Below are positions 38,746-49,055 of a stretch of 64,000 bases of DNA, piece after piece. This DNA comes from a virus: the IMG/VR virus record IMGVR_UViG_3300028874_000370, positions 1 to 64,000 of that record; one strand, 5' to 3'. The stretch's first letter is position 1. Each line of letters begins with the position of its first letter. The notes under the pieces are model-generated. The model made no database searches and had not been told where the DNA came from. It worked only from the letters and a program-made list of their open reading frames with translations. The translations under genes were made by a program, and so were the position numbers.

Positions 38746-39718
38746 TTAGTATCCTAGGGTTACAGCAAGTGCATCTGACATTTCTTCTAGCTTTTGTGAT
38801 TCATCAATTTTAGGATTCATAGCTCTTTGAAGTTCATCAAAATTAAATGGAGTCATATACACAAAATTAGACGGTTTGATTGGATTTATTGACAGACGGA
38901 TATCACGATGTTCGATATCGAATTCTAAGGAAAAGCCTTGTATTTGATTAGATAAAACTAGTTTATCTAAGTCATTTTTCATATCTTGTAGTGTAATATC
39001 GTCCATAGGTTCCATCATGTATTTAGTTAGGAGTTGGCATCTTAAACTTAGTCTAAGACGCTCAACATTCATTTTGTTGAGCGCGGTCATATTAAATCCC
39101 CAATGCACGCACTAAGGTTTCTGGCATTTCTTTGTATGTTGGAGTATTCATTGAAAGAATCGCCCCAGACATTTCTGCTTCTAAATCAATCCCGGTAAAC
39201 TTACCAACTTCGAGTTCATCGTCTGTTTTCTTGACCTGCCATGCCCCACCCGATAATGAAACATCTGAAGTGTTCTCCACTGAAGCTTTTATATTTTCTA
39301 AGAATTTCTCAATTGCAAATTCTATTTCACTACGAACGTCAATAGAAAACACATTGCGTTCAGGTATTGCATCGACTGTAGCTTTTCGTTGAAAGAACAG
39401 AATGCTGATATCCGGGTTATATCCGTTAATACCAGGAGCAATTTTAAATTCGCCAGTAAATGAAAAATTATCTAATACAAAAAGAGCATCGATATTCAAT
39501 TGTCCTTTGTCAACAACTTCACTTGGATTATTTGATTCATCGCAAATTACTATAGCTGAACGAGTTTCTTCAAAGCCATAAAGGTATTCGGTAATCAATG
39601 CGGTGATTGTTTCTCGTGTATCTTCATCATTGTAATAACCGACTACATGTTGAAGTAAATCTGTTAATTCAAAATGAATTTCTTCTACGATGACTTCTAT
39701 TCTTGCTGGAATGTTCAT
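38746..39718 (-). CDS. two proteins with tail-sheath C-terminal-like motifs (38746-39108, 39092-39718)
   Basis: VICDESNNPSEVVDKGQLNID and IRLSINPIKPSNFV. Confidence 0.5.
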
Positions 39719-39733
39719 TATTTTTATCCTTAT

Positions 39734-41140
39734 TTAGTAGACGACTTTTCTTGGCTTAGAACGTGGATAGCCTGCTTCGTCATACCATTTGATACGTTCT
39801 TTCATATGTTTCTTCGAATACTTCAACGAAGAAGAAACATCTTTAACATAGATTTTCTTTTTGTCTGATGCTAATCGTAATCCGCGCCCTAGAGATTGGA
39901 TAGCTTTAATAAAAGATTTACCGGCATCGATTAGATACAAACAAAAAATCCGGTCAATAGAAATCCCAGTTGATGCAATTCCGGATGTTGCAATAACAAT
40001 CACATCATTATGATCTTCATAGTTTTTATAATTATCTTTACGAAGATCTTTATCACTTTCCCCAGAGAGGAAAACAGAATCTGGAATTAGCTTCTGGAGT
40101 TTTCGACCGAACTGAATACTATTTACAAGAACTAAAGTGTTCCCGTATTTGTTCATATCATTTTGAATTTCTTCTGCTAAATAATCAAGACGATCTTCAG
40201 CTCTAGCAAGATATGATTTTTCAGAACTATAATCAGGGAGGTCTACAGATTCTTGTGTTTGACTAAGATCAATTTCAATCTCGGCTAAGTAACCATTTTC
40301 AATTAGCCATTTTGATGGTATTGTTTTTAATATTTGGCCAATAGAACATTTCAAACTCATTTGATCTATAGGAGCTTTAGGGAATGTTCCTGTTACTCCA
40401 AATCGAAATGGGATATGGGACCCATGATCGTTAATTAGAGATTTTATCACCGTTGCAGCAGCTCCATGTGATTCATCAATGATCACAACTTGGAATAATT
40501 TCATGATATGAGGATTATTCTGAAGACTTTGCCACGTAGCAATCATATGAGTTGTATCTAATTCTTTTTTATCTCCAGAATATTCGCCAACATCCATTCC
40601 ACACATCCGATAAGTGTCCGCTGTTTGCGTTACTAGGTCCCCAGATGGCACGATGACTAGAGTCTTATAACCACTGCGGCCATACACTTCGGAGAGCCCT
40701 GCGGTCATAATTGACTTACCTGCCCCAGTTCCGGCGATAACAAAGCCAGAGCCTTCTTCGACTAGAGCATTAATAGCATCAACTTGATATTGTCGAATTT
40801 CTAGTGGTTGATTTTTATATCCGATGATGTGGCCGAACATATCAGTTGTTGCTCTGATAGTTGGATGGAGTGCAGATTTACGGTGATCTTCTAAAGTGAT
40901 ATCATATTCCCATTCTACTAGATAAGGAACAATATCAGGAAGTAAGCGACTAAAGGTTTTGCCAGTGGCTTCGAAAAATCTGATTCTACCATCCCACCGA
41001 CCTAACTTAACAGCAGGAAGAAAAACTGCACCCTCAACTAGAATACCGAATTTGTTATACAGAATTTCTGTATGGGCTTTAGTGAGGCCTGTAATTGTAC
41101 AAACTACTTCGTCTTTTATTGATATTTTTGCTGATGCCAT
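39734..41140 (-). CDS. uvsW: UvsW-like SF2 helicase
   Basis: GRWDGRIRFF, RQYQ, GTGAGKS, DESH, GVTGT, STGISI, QSLGRGLR. Confidence 0.9.
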   Translation of the reverse strand: MASAKISIKDEVVCTITGLTKAHTEILYNKFGILVEGAVFLPAVKLGRWDGRIRFFEATGKTFSRLLPDIVPYLVEWEYDITLEDHRKSALHPTIRATTDMFGHIIGYKNQPLEIRQYQVDAINALVEEGSGFVIAGTGAGKSIMTAGLSEVYGRSGYKTLVIVPSGDLVTQTADTYRMCGMDVGEYSGDKKELDTTHMIATWQSLQNNPHIMKLFQVVIIDESHGAAATVIKSLINDHGSHIPFRFGVTGTFPKAPIDQMSLKCSIGQILKTIPSKWLIENGYLAEIEIDLSQTQESVDLPDYSSEKSYLARAEDRLDYLAEEIQNDMNKYGNTLVLVNSIQFGRKLQKLIPDSVFLSGESDKDLRKDNYKNYEDHNDVIVIATSGIASTGISIDRIFCLYLIDAGKSFIKAIQSLGRGLRLASDKKKIYVKDVSSSLKYSKKHMKERIKWYDEAGYPRSKPRKVVY

Positions 41141-41469
41141 TACACATATTTTTATTTTTATTGTTGTGTTTCATAGCAAAATAAGGAACTTCTTTGAGTC
41201 CCTTATTAGGTACTACTGTAGAAACTTATTTGATTAGCACCAGAGTATGATGCTAACGAAAATGATGATACACCAAATAACGAATTTCACTGCCCAATAA
41301 GCCAGACCTAAAAGAAAGGTCCCAAGAACAATTATCGCAAACCATTCAAACAAAGACGGGGTTGGAGCCTTGGCTGGTTCGCGTTTTGCTAATGTGGTTC
41401 TCATGATGTTCTCTTAATTGGAGTAGTTAATTCATAGTATCATGAATTAAAGTGAAAGTACACAGTTAT

Positions 41470-41928
41470 TTACACGACTGCATATTCTAATTCTTTAACA
41501 CGGAGTTCAGTAACATGTTTGATTTGGAATCCCATCGATTCTAATCCTTTTGAATAGGCCTCTAATTCTCTGCGGACTAAGAGAATTTCGTGTTTTAATT
41601 CCATCATATCTAGATAATCTTGCTCGCCACCAATATAAGCAATGATATCTTTTTGTGATAGTTTCACATTATAATTTTCGGTATATTTTTTCCAAAGAGG
41701 AGCTTCTACTTCTTTCAATCTAACATCAAATGTATCTTCCAATGATTTCATTTGAGCTAAATGCCTATTAGTTTGCCATACACACTTGGCATGCTCTTTA
41801 CTAACTTCTTCTAATAATCGTCCATAAAAATTAGTACATTCATCAGCTTTTGATAAGTGTATACGCGCCAACTCTATTTGTTTGTTAATAGAATTTATGT
41901 TGGCAAATGCTTCTGTGACAATTGACAT
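41470..41928 (-). CDS. uvsY: UvsY-like recombination mediator
   Basis: helical 152 aa, KDIIAYIGGE..KGLESMGFQIK; synteny with uvsW and uvsX. Confidence 0.7.
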   Translation of the reverse strand: MSIVTEAFANINSINKQIELARIHLSKADECTNFYGRLLEEVSKEHAKCVWQTNRHLAQMKSLEDTFDVRLKEVEAPLWKKYTENYNVKLSQKDIIAYIGGEQDYLDMMELKHEILLVRRELEAYSKGLESMGFQIKHVTELRVKELEYAVV

Positions 41929-41946
41929 AAAATTAATTTAAATAAA

Positions 41947-41976
41947 AAAGAGGCTATTTTGCAAAATAGCCTCTTT
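41947..41976. terminator. terminator (30 bp perfect palindrome)
   Basis: AAAGAGGCTATTTTG/CAAAATAGCCTCTTT. Confidence 0.75.
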
Positions 41977-42174
41977 AGTTGTGTTATTCTTCTTCTTCCA
42001 TACGTTCAACGATAACTAGATCTTGGCCACTATGAACATATTGTTCTGTTCTTTCGCCTTGCTTTAAAGTAGCAAGAATTGAAATCAACAAACCATTTTT
42101 ATCCATTGTGAAAATATCGATCTCATCAGCATGATTGTTATCCGGCAATTCTATTATTACGCGAGTTGTCATTA

Positions 42175-43245
42175 TTATTCCTCTGTATTAGCTTGTTGTG
42201 TTTCTACAATCAAAGCATCTAATTCAGCATCAGCTTGTTCGAAATCTTCTTCCATCTTTCGGATCGTTGGATGTTTAATCAATTTCTGCCAAATCTCGTC
42301 GGTCAGTGTAGATTCTTTAAACTTAAGAACTTCACCATTCACTGTGGTAGTCACACTATGTCCTTCTTTTGTTACGATGCCATCAGATTCTAGAAGTTCT
42401 ACTACTCCGCTAAACTTATTCATTCCTGTTGAATATGGAACTTCAACTTCGGTCTTAGTCTTTGGTTTAGCAAATCGGGACTTATATGATTCAACTCGCA
42501 GTTTGATCCCAATAAAATTAGCATCTTCTTTCAAATTCAATTTAGTAAGTAATGCAATTTGTGATGTTGAATATTTCACACCATTAGTAATGGCCCATGG
42601 GCCATCGCCTAACATCGGATCTTGTGGATATACCTGATCAGTAAACAACATCGGAATATCAAGACGCGCAAAACGTGCTACCAATGAACGAAGTAAATGT
42701 TTTTTAAGCTTTGCAGATTGGCCTTGATCACCAGTCTGAACACCCTTTTCAAATTTCTCATCTTCACCAGCAGTTAATAGATTGCCAAGTGAGTCTAATA
42801 CTATAAGAACATCGAGTGCATCTTTGTTGTAACGTCCAAATTCTTTTTCATATCCAACCAAAAAGTCCGAAAGAACTTTAGTCACATCTTGAATAGTAAC
42901 GACTTGGATGTATTGAAGTTTATCTGGTGAAATATCAACACCAATTTTCTTCATGAATACCGGATCTAATGCATTTTCTGAATCAATAACTAAAATGAAA
43001 GCGCCTTCGTTCTGTGCTTCGCGAATTGCATTACATGTTAGAAATGATTTACCTGATGCTGAAGGACCAGCGAATAGCGATAGGCGACCTGCTGGATATC
43101 CGCGAATATATGAACCGGATAAGACTCGATTGATCGCATAATTGCCTGTTGAATACCACTTCTTTGGCGGTTGGAAAATAGTAGAAACATTCTCCATTTT
43201 GTCCAACTTTTTTCTGAACTCTTTTAAGAAACTAAAGGTTGCCAT
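42175..43245 (-). CDS. uvsX: RecA-like recombinase
   Basis: STGNYAIN..SG, AGPSASGKS, IDSENA, VLDSLG, KSRFAKP. Confidence 0.9.
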   Translation of the reverse strand: MATFSFLKEFRKKLDKMENVSTIFQPPKKWYSTGNYAINRVLSGSYIRGYPAGRLSLFAGPSASGKSFLTCNAIREAQNEGAFILVIDSENALDPVFMKKIGVDISPDKLQYIQVVTIQDVTKVLSDFLVGYEKEFGRYNKDALDVLIVLDSLGNLLTAGEDEKFEKGVQTGDQGQSAKLKKHLLRSLVARFARLDIPMLFTDQVYPQDPMLGDGPWAITNGVKYSTSQIALLTKLNLKEDANFIGIKLRVESYKSRFAKPKTKTEVEVPYSTGMNKFSGVVELLESDGIVTKEGHSVTTTVNGEVLKFKESTLTDEIWQKLIKHPTIRKMEEDFEQADAELDALIVETQQANTEE

Positions 43246-43287
43246 GAGATTTTCTCCTGAGATTATTATTTTATTTTTATGGAGTAA

Positions 43288-43319
43288 AAATCTAGAGATC
43301 TTTTACAATCTCTAGATTT
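43288..43319 (-). terminator. terminator after SSB gene
   Basis: AAATCTAGAGAT/ATCTCTAGATTT. Confidence 0.7.
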
Positions 43320-43358
43320 AATATGCATATGCTAATTACAACTTAGCACAGATATTTC

Positions 43359-44342
43359 TTAGGCAGTTTCAGCTGCTGCGGCAGCCGCTTTATTAGCAGC
43401 AGCACGTTCACGAATTTGAGCTAAGACATCAGTCACTTTACCTGGAACTTGTGCTGAAATAGAGGTGGTATCAACATCAGGAGTTTCAACAGCTTCCATC
43501 ACTGAAGATGAAGAAGTGTAAGCGCTAGGAGTAGCTTCACTAGGAGTTGATTCGTTAGAAGCCTTAGTTGGCAAAACTAGTGGTTGACCGGTGCGATCAG
43601 CAAGAAGTAATGCTTCTACTACAGCTAAATCAGTCTTCCGACTACGAAGAGTTGAAAGATCATACAAATTCAAATTAGCAATTACATCATCATCTAAGTC
43701 TGATTGCTTTGGAGCGAAAGATGACAAGGTGTAATTAGCACTAGTGCCTTGCATTGACTTCTTGATACGGAAATCATATCCGCCTTTTTCTTCGAACGGA
43801 ACATTTTCAAGATCCCCAGAACCAAAAGCAGCTTGGATCAAATTGAAAATTTGAGGTCCTAACTTAATAGGAGCTTCATGTTCATGTCCTTCATTACCAG
43901 CAAAATCAACAGTTGATGATTGGATCTTAACTTGAGCTAAATATTCGCGCTTGCGGAAGTACTTCTTACCCAGTGTGGTCAAAGGACCAGCAAAAATACC
44001 TTTAGCCGGATCTGGTTTTGGTTCGCCAGCAGCTTTTGCTTCGTTGTAATATTGACGGGAGAGTTCGCAAACAGGACATTTTTCACCATACATTTCAAGA
44101 CATGCCACTACACGTGTCTTACCACCGATGTTGAATGAGTGCGTGAAATTTTCTACTACGAATTGGCGGGGATTATCTGGGTTAGCATCGCGGAGGAAAC
44201 GAACGACGTTAGTTTCGCCTTCCAACATTTTCCAAAAATCAAAGTACTGAGTATAAACAATCTCATTCTTTGCCTTTGGCAAAAGTTTTTCTTGTAATGC
44301 TTTTAGTTGTGCTAGCTTTTCTTCGCGGGTTGAATTTGACAT
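43359..44342 (-). CDS. gp32-like single-stranded DNA-binding protein
   Basis: VVRFL, H..CLEMYGEKCPVC Zn site, GYDFRIKK..ANY..SSF; adjacent to uvsX. Confidence 0.8.
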   Translation of the reverse strand: MSNSTREEKLAQLKALQEKLLPKAKNEIVYTQYFDFWKMLEGETNVVRFLRDANPDNPRQFVVENFTHSFNIGGKTRVVACLEMYGEKCPVCELSRQYYNEAKAAGEPKPDPAKGIFAGPLTTLGKKYFRKREYLAQVKIQSSTVDFAGNEGHEHEAPIKLGPQIFNLIQAAFGSGDLENVPFEEKGGYDFRIKKSMQGTSANYTLSSFAPKQSDLDDDVIANLNLYDLSTLRSRKTDLAVVEALLLADRTGQPLVLPTKASNESTPSEATPSAYTSSSSVMEAVETPDVDTTSISAQVPGKVTDVLAQIRERAAANKAAAAAAETA

Positions 44343-44614
44343 AAAATGTTACTCCAAAATTAGTTATTAAAATTTTTATAAAATAGACTACAAAGTTTTG
44401 TCACGTTGCATGACAAGAGTATTTATAGTAGATTTTTGGATGTAACGGAAAACCGAATAAGATTTATTTTGAATAAATCTTAGGCGCATTATTACCGTTT
44501 GTTATTATTGGTTTTGGTTAAGCGTGTATTGTACTACGTATTTTAATTATTCATCAGGATCGGTGAGAGGGTTCACCGTCCTTGAGTTTTTAATATGGTT
44601 TAGACCATGAAGCT

Positions 44615-44643
44615 ATTCTACTACGGGACCAACGGAATGTACA
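44615..44643 (-). promoter_or_regulatory. early-type promoter upstream of SSB gene
   Basis: TGTACA-17-TAGAAT; late motif TATAAATA at 44420-44427. Confidence 0.65.
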
Positions 44644-44660
44644 ATAATATGTTCTTGGTA

Positions 44661-45860
44661 TTATTGGATTTTACATTTTGTTTGGCCATCAACATTAGTC
44701 ATAACAAGTTCTACGTAATCTGTTTCTTTGCCTAACCAAGGCATAGAAATTCTAGAATACTGATCCATCACAGCGACCATAGGTACACACTTATCTGTGC
44801 GGGCCTTTTGGCGACCCGCCAATTCTTTACGAGTGATAGGAAACAAAACACAAACAATGTCATATCCGCTTTTTTTGGCCTCATAGATATAATCACCCCG
44901 AGCATCACTTGATACATTAGTGTTATCTACTATGATTGACACATTAGATTTAACAAGATCTCGGAATATTCTATCAGCGTATTGCCTAAATGGTCCGCGA
45001 TGCTTGCCACAATATGCAAAGGCTCTTCCATATGCATCAACAGGATTACTTCCTTTGACTCCATTATCCGCAGCGTATGAAAGCCTAGAGGCATCTAATG
45101 AAAAATATGATGCTCCATCTTTAATTTTTTTATCAGAATATGTTGACTTACCGGATCCAGAGGCCCCGATTAATACATACAGTTTAGGAGCACTACACCC
45201 AAGAACTTGAAGATCAGATCTCTTAAGAGAATAATTAGCTTTAAGTTTTTTAATCCCATCAACAAAAGCAAATACTTCGGCCAAGTTCTTTTCATGATCA
45301 TCCGAAATCCGACCAGATTGATCGGAAATAATTTGGTCATAATATACATTAGCTAACTCACCAAATTCAAATGGCTCTGAATCAAGTTGATTGCGAATAT
45401 GCTGCAAATCTTCTGGAGTATCCAGATCATGAGGCAAATGGTTTTCTATGATCCATGAGATCACATAGATATCAGAATCTTTAAGACCAAATGTCTTCTT
45501 CAATTGTTTCCATTTGTTCCAATTCTCGACAGCGTATTCTTCCCACAAACGAGCAGACTTATGTTCATGGCCACCAAACGAAGTATATGTTCCTCGAGAT
45601 TCTGAAGTCTTTGTTTTAGCTGCACTAGGTTTTCCCGTATCATGAAAGACCACGGATAGAAAGGTCAAGGCTTGCTGGCGGTCAGTCCGATGTTGAGCAA
45701 AGTTCTCGAAGTAATGATCTAAGATCATTTCAACATGTTTTGAGACAGAAGATTCCCGGTGCCAAGGTGAATTTTCGCATGTGGCTTCCATATCTGTCCA
45801 CAGCTTAGTAACCTTGAATTCATCAAGGAATTTTTGAAATTTTGGTAACATGATATCCAA
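44661..45860 (-). CDS. HD phosphohydrolase fused to P-loop (polynucleotide kinase-like) domain
   Basis: PWHRE..H, FHDTGKP, GHE..SA; IGASGSGKST, IVDNTN. Confidence 0.8.
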   Translation of the reverse strand: MDIMLPKFQKFLDEFKVTKLWTDMEATCENSPWHRESSVSKHVEMILDHYFENFAQHRTDRQQALTFLSVVFHDTGKPSAAKTKTSESRGTYTSFGGHEHKSARLWEEYAVENWNKWKQLKKTFGLKDSDIYVISWIIENHLPHDLDTPEDLQHIRNQLDSEPFEFGELANVYYDQIISDQSGRISDDHEKNLAEVFAFVDGIKKLKANYSLKRSDLQVLGCSAPKLYVLIGASGSGKSTYSDKKIKDGASYFSLDASRLSYAADNGVKGSNPVDAYGRAFAYCGKHRGPFRQYADRIFRDLVKSNVSIIVDNTNVSSDARGDYIYEAKKSGYDIVCVLFPITRKELAGRQKARTDKCVPMVAVMDQYSRISMPWLGKETDYVELVMTNVDGQTKCKIQ

Positions 45861-45934
45861 CTTATTATTATTTTATTATTGAGGATTGTTGCTCCTCTTT
45901 TATTTCATTGTAATGTAGTTGTGGATATCCGTAA

Positions 45935-46279
45935 CTAGATAAATGGATTCCACGCAAACATTTTCTTATATCCCGGTTTTACTACATCTTTGTTTCGCCA
46001 AGTAAATAACCAAGTTGGTCTACAAGGACTAGTCTTATCAATACAATCCTCAGGACATGTATACGTAACAGTTTTCTTAAACGGGAGTTCTATCCGGATA
46101 AATGTTCCTTCTTGAACAGGCATTCTATGAAAAGCAGAAACATCTCTACCGTCTTCACTCCGCTTAATCTCTTCTACATCCATATTACGGTGTATTTTAC
46201 CAAAGGCAAAAATGATCCCTAGTTTATATACATCGCCATATGCCGATAAATTTATATCATATTTCTTAAATAATTTCAT
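45935..46279 (-). CDS. hypothetical protein
   Basis: 114 aa, AAGGA SD. Confidence 0.6.
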   Translation of the reverse strand: MKLFKKYDINLSAYGDVYKLGIIFAFGKIHRNMDVEEIKRSEDGRDVSAFHRMPVQEGTFIRIELPFKKTVTYTCPEDCIDKTSPCRPTWLFTWRNKDVVKPGYKKMFAWNPFI

Positions 46280-46290
46280 TATAGTTCCTT

Positions 46291-47817
46291 TTAAAATATC
46301 ATTGGTGCAGCTTCATTACCATAAGGATCATCGCTATCAAGAAGATCATCATCCTCAGTCGAATACATCATCTCAAATACTGATTCTTCATAATCCGCTG
46401 CTTTCTTTAATACATTCATAACAATCAACATGGCTGCTACTAAGTCATCTGTTGCACCGGGTTTAGCATGATATGTTGTCTTACCATTCGAAATATAATT
46501 CTTGAGTTCCATCAATAGTAATTCAGAATTAACAGTGAGACCTCCAGTAGTTTTTTCTATTAATCGTTTTAATTCTAGGCAAGCTAGTAATTTGGATTTG
46601 GCTGAAGTATTCATTCCAATCCGATCATCATCGCTAAGCAGGACGGCGTCAGGGAACTTGTCTTCATTTTGGTATAGTGCAACAATAGAAGCACCAACGC
46701 CGTTGTTCTCGAAGCTCCAGTAGACCTCAGGGGACTTTCCTCGATCAGTCTTAGGTGCCTTTAGATAAGTCAGTATCCATTTGATTCTGGCATACAATTG
46801 TTGCGGTGTAATTGTATTAGATCTAAATTCAGCGAATTGTTTCATTGATGGAAATTCAAGAACTTGGATAGTCGAATAATCCCCAGAGACGCCTACTGAA
46901 ATATCAACACCAACATAGTATGAATTTCTGACATCGACCTCACCCCAGAATTTAAATCCGCGATCTTCCATAATAGGCATAGAAGATTTAAGTTGTTGGA
47001 GCTTAATTGAATTAATCAATAATGGATCCGATGATAAAAATTCACATCCATACTCTTGGCGAAATTTCAATTCGCCAATTTGGCCAATCATTTTATCTTT
47101 GAACGTCGCATCTCTTTCCGGATGTGCATCCCACGAAGTTTCGAATGGAGTAAACCCATTTGTCCCAAGAACTGCGCCGCGCCATAAGGTAGCAAACAAT
47201 TCATTATCGCCATTAGGCGTTGATGAAATAATTAAATCGCCACCAGTTGATAATGTTGGCGCCATCGAAGTCCATAAATCTTCCTGAATAGATTTACGAA
47301 CGAAAGCAATTTCATCAATGAAAATTTTAGCACAAGCAAGACCACGACCAGTATTAGCTGTTGTCGCTTGTGATATCATTCTAGAATCATTATCAAATTC
47401 TATTGAAGTCTTATTGTAGCTCTTAACACCCGGTTTCAGCCAATGTGGAAGTTCTTCATACGCATATTGAATTCTCTGCATAATTTCAATAGCATTACTG
47501 AATTTATTACTAGCAACAAGAACCAATTTATCCGAATGGAAAATAGCAAACCAAAAGAAATAAATTGCAACAGTCAATGTTTTACCTTGTTGACGCCCAA
47601 CTTTCAGAATATTAAATTTATTGGCATGCAGTTGTTTAACCATATCTATTTGATATGGGTATAAAATAAACTTTACTTTCCCTCTTACCGGATGTTGTAT
47701 GTAAACATAATTCTCCATAAAGTACACAGGATCTTTCTTACACTTAACTAATTCTTGGATTAATTCTGGTGTATATTCAGAAAGAGCATTTGGCGCTTTT
47801 AAATAATCATTCGCCAT
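46291..47817 (-). CDS. terminase large subunit (T4 gp17-like)
   Basis: KCKKDPVYF, LYPYQ, GRQQGKT, IFIDEIAF, SSTPNG, FRQEYGCEF, nuclease GVDIS..DYS..DDLV. Confidence 0.93.
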   Translation of the reverse strand: MANDYLKAPNALSEYTPELIQELVKCKKDPVYFMENYVYIQHPVRGKVKFILYPYQIDMVKQLHANKFNILKVGRQQGKTLTVAIYFFWFAIFHSDKLVLVASNKFSNAIEIMQRIQYAYEELPHWLKPGVKSYNKTSIEFDNDSRMISQATTANTGRGLACAKIFIDEIAFVRKSIQEDLWTSMAPTLSTGGDLIISSTPNGDNELFATLWRGAVLGTNGFTPFETSWDAHPERDATFKDKMIGQIGELKFRQEYGCEFLSSDPLLINSIKLQQLKSSMPIMEDRGFKFWGEVDVRNSYYVGVDISVGVSGDYSTIQVLEFPSMKQFAEFRSNTITPQQLYARIKWILTYLKAPKTDRGKSPEVYWSFENNGVGASIVALYQNEDKFPDAVLLSDDDRIGMNTSAKSKLLACLELKRLIEKTTGGLTVNSELLLMELKNYISNGKTTYHAKPGATDDLVAAMLIVMNVLKKAADYEESVFEMMYSTEDDDLLDSDDPYGNEAAPMIF

Positions 47818-48559
47818 TATCTAAGTCCCACTCAAACTCTCTATACCAGGCTTTCTGTCCAAGTACAGCCATCATATTTTTTTTGAATTCTTGTCCTCTT
47901 TCAGGATGCTCATCCCATCTAATATGACACTGTTCCAATATCGAACTATCACACAGTGTTTTAGCGATTTCATCATCATCAGACATAGTAGATAAGATTG
48001 CAACACTGCCACCTCGGTCATAAGTTAAACCAATATTACCTAGTAAATATTGCTGAACAGATTTCCTAACAAATAAAAATTCATCAAAAATTAAATATGA
48101 TACTTTAATTCCTCTACCAAAATTATCGGAGGAGCATGCATTAGATATAATCCTGGAACCATTAAAAAATTCCAGTTTTTGCATTGTATTAATATTTACT
48201 TTTGGAATTAACCATGTTGGCAATTCCTTGAGTGCGATTCTAATAATGCTCATTATGTGTTGTGCATTATTGACATTGATTGTGCCAATCAAGATATTTT
48301 GGCTGGGCCAGAAGATTGCTAACCAAAGAGAAAATAGTGCAGAGATAAGAGTTTTACCAACCTGTCTTGGCCCAATAGAAATAATATTGCCACGATGCAT
48401 AGCATTGATTAAATCAATTTGGTATGGGTATAGATTGATAGACACCAATCCATTAATTGGATGTTGAAACTTGCAATACTTGTTGATGAAATAAACTGGG
48501 TCTGTTTCGCAGAGGAAAAACTCATTAATAAGTTCTTCAGAATACCCTATTGGTAGCAT
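47807..48559 (-). CDS. terminase ATPase-domain-only paralog
   Basis: CETDPVYF, LYPYQ, GPRQVGKT, LIFDEF, LST, WDEHPER; ends before the nuclease domain. Confidence 0.8.
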   Translation of the reverse strand: MLPIGYSEELINEFFLCETDPVYFINKYCKFQHPINGLVSINLYPYQIDLINAMHRGNIISIGPRQVGKTLISALFSLWLAIFWPSQNILIGTINVNNAQHIMSIIRIALKELPTWLIPKVNINTMQKLEFFNGSRIISNACSSDNFGRGIKVSYLIFDEFLFVRKSVQQYLLGNIGLTYDRGGSVAILSTMSDDDEIAKTLCDSSILEQCHIRWDEHPERGQEFKKNMMAVLGQKAWYREFEWDLDNGE

Positions 48560-48594
48560 ATAAATAAATCCTTTTAGATAGATTTATTTATATG
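48557..48594 (-). promoter_or_regulatory. late promoter within a start-codon-sequestering 14 bp hairpin
   Basis: CATATAAATAAATC-10 nt-GATTTATTTATATG (ATG = start of the 48559 gene). Confidence 0.65.
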
Positions 48595-48677
48595 GCAGGA
48601 AAGTGATGTCAAAAATTGATGTACATTCCAAAAATATCAAGTTATAATTTCTTTAACTTAAACATGGAGTTCAATCA

Positions 48678-48812
48678 TGAAAGAATTAAAAGCCATTGCT
48701 CGTGACTTCTGTCTTGGTGTTGGTATTGTTGTAGTCATTGCTTCGATTGGCAATCAACTGGATCTGTGGAATGCAACCTTCATGATTTGCTTCCATCATT
48801 TGACTTGTTAAA
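48678..48812 (+). CDS. small hydrophobic protein (44 aa), not in ORF track
   Basis: MKELKAIARDFCLGVGIVVVIASIG..; GGAG SD; promoter TGTACA-17-TATAAT at 48620-48648. Confidence 0.55.
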
Positions 48813-49055
48813 ATAAATTCTAATCAAAGCATTCGATTAGAATTTCATTTCATTACTTTCATTTATTTTCCACTTTTCTTTTTTAAACGGTTCATCAGAG
48901 TGTCATACTCTTTATGTGCGTCATCTGTGATTTTGACTTTATCGATTGCGGGGATGCCTTCTTTTTAGTACTGACAATCTTACTGGCATTTTTACTGACT
49001 TTAGCTAAATATTCTGGAAGATGGGCTTCAAGATACTGGTATAACATATATGCTC

